A DNA stretch of 64,000 nucleotides from Prevotella sp. GTDB taxonomy: Bacteria > Bacteroidota > Bacteroidia > Bacteroidales > Bacteroidaceae. The stretch lies in the NCBI GenBank assembly GCA_017458005.1, contig JAFTGH010000033.1, forward strand, positions 62,091-126,090. The letters are read 5' to 3'. The position numbers were made by a program, and so were the translations under genes. The notes under the pieces are model-generated. The model did no database searches. It was given only the letters and a program-made list of their open reading frames with translations, and was not told the origin of the DNA. Positions 53,164-62,296 of this stretch are shown here, one piece after another (the stretch's first letter is position 1; each line of letters starts with the position of its first letter).

Positions 53164-55164
53164 TTATATAGTTGTTTTTGAACTCTTTTTCACTGCTTTT
53201 GGCGTATATTGGATCGCCATCATCGTCAGGTCGTCGCTCTGCTCTGCCTCTCCCACAAAGTCGTGTACTGCATCCACCATCTGCTCCACCAGCGTATGAG
53301 TCGAGTAGTTGCCATCGGCACAGATGCTGCGTGCCATATCGAGAAGACGGTCGTCACCGAACTGCCCGTGGTTAATATCCTCCGCCTCGGTCAGTCCATC
53401 GGTGTAGAGGAAGATGGTCGCACCGCTGTCGATAGTGGTGTCCTGCTGGCAGAACGTCCAACCTCGCATAATACCTGCCGGCACATTACTGTCCACAGGC
53501 AGCAGGTCAATATGGCTTCCTCCCTTCAAGATGAGCAGTGGTGGGTTGTGACCCGCGTTGCAGTAGGTCATGTGACCCGTCTTTAAATCGATGATGCCGA
53601 CGAACAGCGTGACAAACATGCCCAGTTCATTGTCCTCTGCGATGGTGTCGTTGAGTTGGCTGACAATGCGCTCCGGCTGATCCTCATGGGAAGAGATGGT
53701 ACGGAACAAAGCCCTCGTGACAGCCATCACCAGCGAGGCAGGAATACCCTTGCCGCTCACGTCACCGATGCAGTAGAACATCTTCTGGTCGCGGATGTAG
53801 AAATCGTAGAGGTCACCGCCCACAGCCTTGGCAGGGGTCAGTTGTCCGTAGATGCTGATCTCGTCGCAATCAGGGAACGGCGGGAAGGTCTTGGGCAGCA
53901 TCGACATCTGGATAGAGCGGGCGATGTTCAGTTCGCTCTCTATGGATGCCTTCTGTGCGGTTGTATCTTTCAGTTCCTCTATGTAGCGGACGAGCGACTG
54001 CTGCATTCCCGCAAACGAATGGCTCAACTGACCTATCTCATCGATGCGATGGAAATCGGGTATCTGGGTGTCAAACTGTCCTGATGCGATTGTCTCTGTT
54101 TCCTTTGCCAACTGCCCGAGGGGACGCAGTTCACGGGTGATGATGCGGATGAAGAAGAAGAGCATCAGCAACAGCCCCACCGTGATAATGCCCCAAACGA
54201 TGTGACGCAAACGGTTGAAGCCGCTGAAAATGTCATTCTCCGGACATACGATAGCCATCGAGCAGCCAGTCTTACCAAGTGGTTTATAGAACACATAGCA
54301 GTCGGTACCGTCAATGCTCATGCGCTTCATACCTTCCTCGCCCCGCTGCATGGCATGACCAAGTGCTGTCATCGCCGTGTCGGGTTGCTCCATCGTCTGC
54401 GTGAAGATCGTCTGGCGGGTGATCTTCGTTGTGTCGGGATGTACGAAGTAAGTGCCGCCCCTGCCTATCATGATACTATAGGAGTGGGGATAGGGCTTGG
54501 TCTCGGAGATGGTCTTCGAAAGCCAGTTCAGCGAGAGACTCGTGTTGATGACACCAATCACATTGCCCTCTTTGTCCTTGATAGCCTGACAGTAACTGGT
54601 CACCATCGCATAACTATTGGTGGGCGCGTCGAAATCCATGTAAGGCTCTGTCCAGCAAGGATGGTTGAGCAGGGTAGGCATCAAATACCAGTCCATGAAG
54701 AAATACTGGTAGTTGTCACTGCCTCCCTGAATGGTACGGATGGAGTCACCGTTTATCACAGAGTAGGCGGAGAAGTAGCGCCCCTTGTCCTTGAAATAGT
54801 AGGGTTCAAAGGCGATAGAGCAGTTGTAGAAATCGGGGTTGTTCAACAACATGCCACGGCTATAGACAAACATCGAGTCTGCCTTGTCGGGATGTCGCTG
54901 CACAAGCCACTCGGTCATGTTCGTGGCAACCTCCACACGGTTCAGGATGCTCTCTACACGCAAAGAAGTCTTGTCGAGAATCTGTGTGGCTTGGCTAATG
55001 GCTTCCTGATGCACGGCATCACGTGCCTGATAGACAAAGAAACCAAGGGCTGCGCTAAAGATGACGGCGGCAAACAGTACCACCCACAGGCTGAGTTTAA
55101 CGGAAAGTCTCCGACGGATATATGCGATGATATTCTTCATAGAGAAAACAGTTTCAATGTTCAA
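53164..55164 (-). CDS. Membrane sensor: Cache-like extracytoplasmic domain - HAMP - PP2C/SpoIIE serine phosphatase (RsbU-like)
   Basis: TM, ~280-aa periplasmic domain, TM, HAMP. Phosphatase motifs GDVSGKGIPASLVMA and LYTDGLTEA. Alternative start at 55140. Confidence 0.88.
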   Translation of the reverse strand: MNIETVFSMKNIIAYIRRRLSVKLSLWVVLFAAVIFSAALGFFVYQARDAVHQEAISQATQILDKTSLRVESILNRVEVATNMTEWLVQRHPDKADSMFVYSRGMLLNNPDFYNCSIAFEPYYFKDKGRYFSAYSVINGDSIRTIQGGSDNYQYFFMDWYLMPTLLNHPCWTEPYMDFDAPTNSYAMVTSYCQAIKDKEGNVIGVINTSLSLNWLSKTISETKPYPHSYSIMIGRGGTYFVHPDTTKITRQTIFTQTMEQPDTAMTALGHAMQRGEEGMKRMSIDGTDCYVFYKPLGKTGCSMAIVCPENDIFSGFNRLRHIVWGIITVGLLLMLFFFIRIITRELRPLGQLAKETETIASGQFDTQIPDFHRIDEIGQLSHSFAGMQQSLVRYIEELKDTTAQKASIESELNIARSIQMSMLPKTFPPFPDCDEISIYGQLTPAKAVGGDLYDFYIRDQKMFYCIGDVSGKGIPASLVMAVTRALFRTISSHEDQPERIVSQLNDTIAEDNELGMFVTLFVGIIDLKTGHMTYCNAGHNPPLLILKGGSHIDLLPVDSNVPAGIMRGWTFCQQDTTIDSGATIFLYTDGLTEAEDINHGQFGDDRLLDMARSICADGNYSTHTLVEQMVDAVHDFVGEAEQSDDLTMMAIQYTPKAVKKSSKTTI

Positions 55165-56107
55165 TCAGTTCTTCGTAGGTCACTTCACGGCTCAGCATCA
55201 TATTGTCTAACATCAGTCTGCTGGCAAGTTTAACCATGTCTGGACGTAAACGGAACTCACGCTTGCCAGACTCACGGTCTACCTGTAGCCGTAACACTTC
55301 CTTCAGCATGAGTTGCTGCAGGACACGATTGGTGGCTATGCGATCCTTGTTGACACGCTGCATCACAATCTCCAATGCCTCGTCAGGATGTTGGACTGCC
55401 CACTCCCAACCTTTCCGACTTGCCGCCGCAAACTTACGGGCTTGCTCTCGGTGACGCTCATAGTAGTCACGTGTCATATAGACTCCGTCCTCCTGTACGT
55501 TGTAGCCATGCTCACAGAAGCGATAGACATTCTTGTCTGTCATCTCGATACCTGCCTGCACCAGTTGGTAGTACTCATTGTAACTCATCGCAAGCGTGGC
55601 ATCAAGGGCACCAGAGACAAACAGGTTGACGTTCTGGGCAAAGCGTACCCATTGGTAGTTCAAATGATCTTTGATACTCATGCAGATGGCAAGTTGACCG
55701 AACCCCACGCTCCAAATACCCACACGTGCCCCTTTCTGTGTCAGCGGGTCCTTGCCACGGGCAGAGACGATGACCATCGCATTATTCATGGATGTCTGGA
55801 GAATATTCACCAAAGGAATTCCACCATCCACTATCTCCATTGCCTGGCAGAGTTGTAGCGTCGTAGCCTGACACCTGTTGTTACGCAGTCGAGTCATGGC
55901 AGGTGTCGTGGCTGACGGGTGCTCAATGCGTACCTTTACCCCCGCCTCACGATAGAAGCCCTTTGCCTCGGCAACGTAATAGCCCGCAAACTGTGCCTGC
56001 GCCGTCCACTGGGGCGTGAACACAAATTCGTCCTGGGCTCCTGCCGTAATACTCAGCAAACAAAAAAGAACAGAAATACCTATTTTTCGCATATCGTTTT
56101 GTTTCAT
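55154..56107 (-). CDS. NMT1/THI5-like periplasmic substrate-binding protein
   Basis: Signal peptide ..ITAGAQ. SBP pattern (TPQWTAQAQFAGYYVA..GFY.EAG..V). Confidence 0.8.
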   Translation of the reverse strand: MKQNDMRKIGISVLFCLLSITAGAQDEFVFTPQWTAQAQFAGYYVAEAKGFYREAGVKVRIEHPSATTPAMTRLRNNRCQATTLQLCQAMEIVDGGIPLVNILQTSMNNAMVIVSARGKDPLTQKGARVGIWSVGFGQLAICMSIKDHLNYQWVRFAQNVNLFVSGALDATLAMSYNEYYQLVQAGIEMTDKNVYRFCEHGYNVQEDGVYMTRDYYERHREQARKFAAASRKGWEWAVQHPDEALEIVMQRVNKDRIATNRVLQQLMLKEVLRLQVDRESGKREFRLRPDMVKLASRLMLDNMMLSREVTYEELIEH

Positions 56108-56132
56108 ATCTTCTGCAAACTAACTCCGTTGA

Positions 56133-57131
56133 CTATTCCTCATCCATCGGATAGCGCACGCCCCATTTCTGGCGGAGGCTGTCCATGAGTCGCATGATAT
56201 AGAGAGTCTCTTCATGAGGCATCTCGCAAGGTTCCAACAAACCGTCAATGAGTGCCTGGCGACAGGTCAGGAACTGGTATTCATAGCCAGTGATCTGCTG
56301 AGGTACATGGATTGTTTCCATGTATGTACGATTGGGACCGTTTACGGTTATTGTCTGGGGATTGTTGATGTTGTCGATGATGAGATTACCCTCCGTTCCG
56401 GCAATGACACCGATGTTGTCTCCCACACAGGCAGCACTCGACTGCAGGTTACACAGCATACCATCCTCGAGAACCAGTGTGATGGCATTTGTCAAATCCA
56501 TGCCCGTCTGGCTTTTCACACATTGACTATCTATATTAATAATGTTCGCGGGAAAGAACATGCGCACGAAGTTGAGGGCATAGACACCAAGGTCGAGCAG
56601 GGCACCGCCACAGAGGTCAGGGCGCATAATCCGTGGCTTCTCGCCCATCGAGTAGCCCAGCGTAGCAGTCACGAGACGTGGGATGCCAATACGCCCGCTG
56701 TTGATAAGGTCACGTACTATCTTAACCACAGGCTGGTAGCGTGTCCAAATGGCCTCTGCAAGAAATACCCGACGCTCATGAGCCAGTTCTACGATCTCGG
56801 CAGCCTGCTTATGGTTTGCCATGAAAGCCTTCTCAACCAGACATGGCTTACCAGCCAACAGAGCCGCTCGTGTCACGTCGAAGTGGTGGGAATGAGGCGT
56901 TGCCACATACACCAGATCAACATCCGCATCGGCTATCAACTCATGATAGGAGCCGTATGCCTTCGAGAGGCTCCATTGCTTGGCAAAGGTCTCTGCCTTC
57001 TCCTGCGACCGTGAGCCTATGGCATAAGCCTCACACTCCTTAAGTCCGTTTAATGTAATGGTCGCCTTCTCTGCTATCCTTCCTGCTCCGATGATGCCGA
57101 CTCGCAGAACTCCATTTTGTCCTATAGCCAT
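56133..57131 (-). CDS. Gfo/Idh/MocA family oxidoreductase
   Basis: Rossmann motif LRVGIIGAGRIA; EKAF segment. Confidence 0.9.
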   Translation of the reverse strand: MAIGQNGVLRVGIIGAGRIAEKATITLNGLKECEAYAIGSRSQEKAETFAKQWSLSKAYGSYHELIADADVDLVYVATPHSHHFDVTRAALLAGKPCLVEKAFMANHKQAAEIVELAHERRVFLAEAIWTRYQPVVKIVRDLINSGRIGIPRLVTATLGYSMGEKPRIMRPDLCGGALLDLGVYALNFVRMFFPANIINIDSQCVKSQTGMDLTNAITLVLEDGMLCNLQSSAACVGDNIGVIAGTEGNLIIDNINNPQTITVNGPNRTYMETIHVPQQITGYEYQFLTCRQALIDGLLEPCEMPHEETLYIMRLMDSLRQKWGVRYPMDEE

Positions 57132-57265
57132 ATTGAATTCTTATAAATATTTGAGAATTGATTCTGCAAATATACGAATAATCTTCTTTAAATCACCATC
57201 GCGTGATGTTAATCGTAGTTAAAGTCAATTTTCGCATTCTTCTTGCATAGATGAAAAATTAGCAG

Positions 57266-57273
57266 TATCTTTG
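57266..57273 (+). promoter_or_regulatory. -7 box TAtcTTTG, macro-domain gene
   Basis: 27 nt upstream of ATG 57300. Confidence 0.55.
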
Positions 57274-57299
57274 CAACCAATATAAAGTTAAATAATTGA

Positions 57300-58049
57300 A
57301 TGAACAGACTTGAGAACCTAAGAGAGATTATCATGTACCTGATGGCTGCTAACCATGTCAGTCATCGGATACCCGACGCATTAGAGGAACGCCAGCGAAT
57401 GATGAGAGCGTTAAGCAACATATGGCACCCCCAAGAGATTGCTGCTGATTTTCTGGTAATGCAGGATGCGGAACTACAACAGCAGGCTGAAGAAAAAGGC
57501 ATTGTAGAATTGAAGGATCGTAGTCTTCTTCTCTGGCAGGGAGACATCACCCGTCTGAAAGTGGACGCCATTGTGAATGCTGCCAATGCGCAGGGCTTGG
57601 GCTGCTGGGCACCCTTGCACAACTGCATCGACAACTGCATCCACTCGGCGGCAGGTATCCAGTTGCGTAAGGAGTGTAACGACCTGTTGCAGGGCAGACT
57701 GCTGAAGACTGGCGAGGCGATGATTACCAAAGGCTATAACCTGCCTGCCAAACATGTCATCCACACCGTAGGTCCTATTATAGACACAGACACTCCTACG
57801 AAAGAGCAAGAGGAACAACTGGCACAATGCTATCGTTCCTGTCTGGACCTTGCGGAACAGGAAGGGCAGGAGAGCATCGCTTTCTGCTGTATCTCAACAG
57901 GTGTTTTCCACTTCCCCAACGAGCAGGCGGCAAAGATTGCCGTCGAGACGGTGAGACATTATCCAAGGCAGTCGGTGAAAACGGTTGTGTTCAACGTCTT
58001 CTTAGACAAGGACTATGACATCTATCAACGACTGCTCACAGACAGTTAA
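57300..58049 (+). CDS. Macro-domain protein (ADP-ribose / O-acetyl-ADP-ribose hydrolase type) with ~70-aa N-terminal helical extension
   Basis: GDITRLKVDAIVNAAN, HTVGP, ISTGVF motifs. Confidence 0.88.
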   Translation: MNRLENLREIIMYLMAANHVSHRIPDALEERQRMMRALSNIWHPQEIAADFLVMQDAELQQQAEEKGIVELKDRSLLLWQGDITRLKVDAIVNAANAQGLGCWAPLHNCIDNCIHSAAGIQLRKECNDLLQGRLLKTGEAMITKGYNLPAKHVIHTVGPIIDTDTPTKEQEEQLAQCYRSCLDLAEQEGQESIAFCCISTGVFHFPNEQAAKIAVETVRHYPRQSVKTVVFNVFLDKDYDIYQRLLTDS

Positions 58050-58057
58050 TTTAACAA

Positions 58058-58090
58058 GAAACGCCCCGAACAACAGTTCGAGGCGTCACT
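58058..58090. terminator. Hairpin between convergent macro-domain gene and fba
   Basis: acgcc.cgaac / gttcg.ggcgt stem. Confidence 0.6.
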
Positions 58091-58116
58091 TATCATATGA
58101 TAACGTATAGTCGGTA

Positions 58117-59118
58117 TTATGCGAGTTTACCGTCAGAACCAAGCACATTCACAATCTTGTGGATGTACATCTTCTTCATGTTCTCACGAGCGGGCTTCAG
58201 ATACTGACGAGGATCGAAGTGGTCAGGATGCTCAGCGAGATACTGACGGATAGCGGCAGTCATAGCGAGACGAGAGTCTGAGTCAATGTTAATCTTGCAG
58301 ACAGCACTCTTAGAAGCCTCACGAAGTTGCTCCTCGGGGATACCTACTGCGTCAGGCAGGTTACCGCCAAACTTGTTGATGGTGTCAACCTCGTCCTGAG
58401 GAACAGAAGAAGAGCCATGGAGCACGATGGGGAATCCAGGAAGTTTCTTCTCAATCTCATGCAGCACGTCGAAAGCGAGTGGAGGAGGAACGAGTTTACC
58501 AGTCTTCGGGTCACGTGTGCACTGCTCTGGCTTGAACTTATAAGCACCGTGAGAAGTACCGATAGAGATAGCAAGAGAGTCGCAACCTGTACGGGTAGCG
58601 AAGTCAATAACCTCCTCAGGCTTGGTATAGTGAGACTCCTCTGCGACAACCTCATCCTCAACACCAGCGAGGACACCGAGTTCTGCCTCCACAGTCACGT
58701 CGTACTGATGAGCATACTCAACGACTTTCTTTGTCAGGGCGATATTATCCTCATAAGGCAGAGAGGAACCGTCGATCATCACTGAAGAGAAGCCCATGTC
58801 GATACAATCCTTGCAGAGTTCGAAACTGTCACCGTGGTCGAGGTGCAGCACGATCTCTGGATGCTCACAGCCCAACTCCTTAGCATAAGCCACAGCACCC
58901 TCAGCCATATAGCGGAGAATAGTAGCGTTTGCATAGTTACGGGCACCCTTGGAAACCTGCATGATAACAGGTGACTTTGTCTCAACGGCAGCCTGTACGA
59001 TAGCCTGCATCTGCTCCATTGTGTTGAAGTTGAAAGCGGGGATAGCGTAGCCACCTGCTACTGCTTTCTTGAACATCTCGCGAGTATTTACGAGACCCAA
59101 ATCCTTGTAATTTACCAT
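58117..59118 (-). CDS. fba: Class II fructose-1,6-bisphosphate aldolase
   Basis: AIPAFNFNTMEQ, HLDHG, HGSS patterns. Start at MVNYKD (59118), 42 nt after the -7 box. Confidence 0.95.
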   Translation of the reverse strand: MVNYKDLGLVNTREMFKKAVAGGYAIPAFNFNTMEQMQAIVQAAVETKSPVIMQVSKGARNYANATILRYMAEGAVAYAKELGCEHPEIVLHLDHGDSFELCKDCIDMGFSSVMIDGSSLPYEDNIALTKKVVEYAHQYDVTVEAELGVLAGVEDEVVAEESHYTKPEEVIDFATRTGCDSLAISIGTSHGAYKFKPEQCTRDPKTGKLVPPPLAFDVLHEIEKKLPGFPIVLHGSSSVPQDEVDTINKFGGNLPDAVGIPEEQLREASKSAVCKINIDSDSRLAMTAAIRQYLAEHPDHFDPRQYLKPARENMKKMYIHKIVNVLGSDGKLA

Positions 59119-59159
59119 AATTGTTAGTTTTATTAAAATGATGTATAGAATTCGTACGG

Positions 59160-59167
59160 CAAAGGTA
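59160..59167 (-). promoter_or_regulatory. -7 box TAccTTTG, fba
   Basis: 42 nt upstream of ATG 59118. Confidence 0.6.
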
Positions 59168-59188
59168 CGGATTTCTTTTCTCAATGAC

Positions 59189-59259
59189 AAAAAAAAGAGG
59201 CACGGATTATGCGGTTTTCACGGATTTTAAGTTTTTCGTACACCTCGCATAACCCGTGC
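59189..59259 (-). terminator. Large-loop terminator after the GH30-symporter operon
   Basis: Minus sense gcacgggttatgcg ... cgcataatccgtgc (1 mismatch) followed by ctcTTTTTTTT. Confidence 0.6.
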
Positions 59260-59310
59260 TATGGGAAAATGCAAACTACATTTTACAATTTGTATTGTTG
59301 TTCTTTTGTC

Positions 59311-60783
59311 CTATTGCTTCTTCCTACGTCCTATCAACTCTGCCTTGATTTCTTTCATCTTATCTTCGGTCAAGTCGTAACCTATCATCACGAAAATCGC
59401 TACAAAGGCGGAACCGGCAGGGACTAGAATATCGGCAAGTCGAAGTTGAGTGAGGGTCTCTGGGGCTTGAATCGCCGCATTCTGGTCGAATGCCACCCAT
59501 TTGAGAATGGCTCCACCCAACACCAATGCCAGCGACTGTCCCATCTTCACCATCCACCAATAGATGGCTCCAAACTGACTTTCCTTACGTGGCAGACCGT
59601 TGCGCAGTTCATCCAAGTCGCACACATCGGCAGTCATACTCATCATCAAGGTAAACAAGCCGCCCATACCGAAAGACATCAAGGGTAATGGCAGGAACAT
59701 AAGCCAAGGGTTCTCTGGGCTGAATCCCCACCATTTCAAGGCGTAGCCAACGATAGAGATTACCGTAGATATGACGAATGCCTGTTTCTTACCCCACTTA
59801 CCTGCCATCCACGTCACGATGGGAATCACCATAAAGGCGGTGATCAATGCCTGAACAGTGGCAAACCATGCCGAAGCAGAACGGAAGAGCGTGGGCACCC
59901 ACTCCCAAGTAAGCCAGTTGTTGGCAAGAGAGTAATCACCATTGAACATATAATAAACGATGATATAATTGGCAAACGATGCCACCATCTGGAAACCGTT
60001 ATATACCAAGAACGTGGCGACGCAGAGGCGCAGGAACGGAACGTTGCGAAACACTTCACCTAAGTTCTTGAACACATCCTTCACGACATTCCACATACCA
60101 GACATGGTAATGCCAGGACGGTCATCCTTCTCGGGAAGGGGCGGCTCTTTACAGAAGATGGCAGGCATGATACCTGTGACGATACATAATGCAGCCACCA
60201 CAATAGAGAGTTTGCGGACACCTTCCACCTGCGTGGCGAAGATATAGTCCGGATTAGAGATCAGAGCCCAGAACCAAGGCACGATCATCCACGCAATCTG
60301 ACCGATCGTATTGGTGATACCCATCAGGCGGGTACGCTCGTTGTAATCGTCCGACATCTCATAGCCAAGACCTATAAAGGGGGTGCTGAAGATCGTGTTA
60401 CCCGTGATATAGAGGAGTGACATCACTAAGAAGTACCAGAAATTGTATGTTTGCCCATCCTCGGGACTCATCTGCCACAGCAGGATAAAGAGAATACCCG
60501 TCACGATGGAACCGATGAAGATATACGGTCGACGACGACCCCAACCCGTACGACTGTTGTCAGAGATATAACCCATGATAGGGTCAGTCAGCGCATCAAA
60601 GAAGCGTGGAATACCACCTAACAGACCCGCCAGGAATGGATCCATGCCGAATCCCGTGACGAGGAAGAACATAAACACGCCCAGCGCAGCGGGCAGCAGG
60701 TTGTTGGTAAGACTACCCGAACTATAAGCGAGTTTCTGTCCCCAACTCAACTTTCCATTGGTTGCAACTTTTGTCTGTGTCAT
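59311..60783 (-). CDS. GPH-family (MelB-like) glycoside:cation symporter, MFS fold
   Basis: 12-TM pattern; FFDALTDPIMGYISD motif. Confidence 0.9.
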   Translation of the reverse strand: MTQTKVATNGKLSWGQKLAYSSGSLTNNLLPAALGVFMFFLVTGFGMDPFLAGLLGGIPRFFDALTDPIMGYISDNSRTGWGRRRPYIFIGSIVTGILFILLWQMSPEDGQTYNFWYFLVMSLLYITGNTIFSTPFIGLGYEMSDDYNERTRLMGITNTIGQIAWMIVPWFWALISNPDYIFATQVEGVRKLSIVVAALCIVTGIMPAIFCKEPPLPEKDDRPGITMSGMWNVVKDVFKNLGEVFRNVPFLRLCVATFLVYNGFQMVASFANYIIVYYMFNGDYSLANNWLTWEWVPTLFRSASAWFATVQALITAFMVIPIVTWMAGKWGKKQAFVISTVISIVGYALKWWGFSPENPWLMFLPLPLMSFGMGGLFTLMMSMTADVCDLDELRNGLPRKESQFGAIYWWMVKMGQSLALVLGGAILKWVAFDQNAAIQAPETLTQLRLADILVPAGSAFVAIFVMIGYDLTEDKMKEIKAELIGRRKKQ

Positions 60784-62279
60784 GATATTACGATGGTTTG
60801 GATGGCTTCCTTAGCGATTGAAAGAGTGTAGTGCTTGCCATCTACAGCAAGATCGAGTTCCACAGGCTCTTCACCTTGGTTAATCACTACAACAGCAAGA
60901 CTTCCATCGGGATTTCTAACAGCGGTCGCCATGACGGCTTTGCTCTTCTCCTCAATGGTAGTAGGCTCGTTACCACCAACCTTCACACCAAGCACTTTAG
61001 CATCAGGACGCAGGAAACGGCTGAAGTGAACCAAGGCATAATACATAGGAGTAAAATACACCTCGTCAGCATCGGCATCAGCAAGTACAGGAGCGCAACA
61101 CCAGTTCTTTGCCCAGCCAGGACCACCCTGGCGGTCGAGTACCATATTCCAGTCTATCCAGCCATTCACCCAATTGTTCAGACATCCGATGATGTCACGG
61201 GCATATCGAAACACGGGTACATACTTCGGATGCAAGTGCTTCTGGTCGTCTGGAGCCCAATCCCATCCCCAGTCGGTACCCTCGGTCTGCCAATACCAGG
61301 CATCGTCCTTCCAATGGGGAACCTCAGCGTCCACACAACCCTCGGTCTCAATAATCAATTTGTCGGGAGCCTTCTCATGTCCCAGGTTCAGCACCTCGGG
61401 AAACCACTCCACGGTGCTCTCATACCAATGGATTGCCAAACCACCAAAGTACTTACTGGTAACCTCATCGGCATACATAGCATCCGTCCATTCGGGAATA
61501 CCGGCACGATTCTGGTCGTAGCCCAAAATCTTCACATCGCCGAAGCCCGCCTTCTCCAGTGTCGGTCCCATATAGTCACGCACAAAGGCTGCCTCATACC
61601 CAGGATCGAAGTACATACTTTCCCAGTTGTTATTGTTGCCAAGAGGCTCGTTAATCGGTGTCACGGCCCAGACATCCACACCCTTTGCCTTATACGCCTC
61701 TAAATATTTCACAAAATAGTTAGCAAATGCCTGCTGGTACTCAGGCAGCAGATGACCACCGATATCCGACTGGTTGTCTTTCATCCAAGCAGGCGGACTC
61801 CAAGGTGAGGATACAAGTTTAAACCCGTCCTTCGAAACAGCCTGTGCGTCCTTGATAAGTGGCAATAATGTCTCCTCATCCACAGCAATAGAGAAGTGCT
61901 CCATCAACGTGTCGTCCTTCTCGGGGGCATAACTATAATGTCCACGGGAGAAATCGCATGAACCGATATGGGTACGAGAAAGTGAATAACGAGCACCGTC
62001 AGGACCGAAATAGGCGTCAATCACCTCCTGACGCTTTTCCTTACTCAGACGTGCCAACAACGAGGATGTAGCCTCCGTGAAGGAGCCTCCAATACCTATG
62101 AGTGTCTGACGCTCCTCTGTACTGTTTACCTCAATTGATACCTTTTTCTCCGCAGCGGCGAACTCGGTCTTCTCCACCAGTTTGTCACCTGCTGAGTTAG
62201 TTTCCCAGACCTTGATGTTATCCTGCTGGGAACATGCTTGCAACGCAAGTGCCATCATGAATAATACTTTTGTCTTCAT
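60780..62279 (-). CDS. GH30 family glycoside hydrolase (glucosylceramidase-like)
   Basis: IGGSFTEA, SPWSPPAWMK, INEP, IETEG patterns. Lipoprotein-like signal peptide (LQACS). Confidence 0.88.
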   Translation of the reverse strand: MKTKVLFMMALALQACSQQDNIKVWETNSAGDKLVEKTEFAAAEKKVSIEVNSTEERQTLIGIGGSFTEATSSLLARLSKEKRQEVIDAYFGPDGARYSLSRTHIGSCDFSRGHYSYAPEKDDTLMEHFSIAVDEETLLPLIKDAQAVSKDGFKLVSSPWSPPAWMKDNQSDIGGHLLPEYQQAFANYFVKYLEAYKAKGVDVWAVTPINEPLGNNNNWESMYFDPGYEAAFVRDYMGPTLEKAGFGDVKILGYDQNRAGIPEWTDAMYADEVTSKYFGGLAIHWYESTVEWFPEVLNLGHEKAPDKLIIETEGCVDAEVPHWKDDAWYWQTEGTDWGWDWAPDDQKHLHPKYVPVFRYARDIIGCLNNWVNGWIDWNMVLDRQGGPGWAKNWCCAPVLADADADEVYFTPMYYALVHFSRFLRPDAKVLGVKVGGNEPTTIEEKSKAVMATAVRNPDGSLAVVVINQGEEPVELDLAVDGKHYTLSIAKEAIQTIVIS

Positions 62280-62296
62280 TCTATTTTAGTTTTTAG

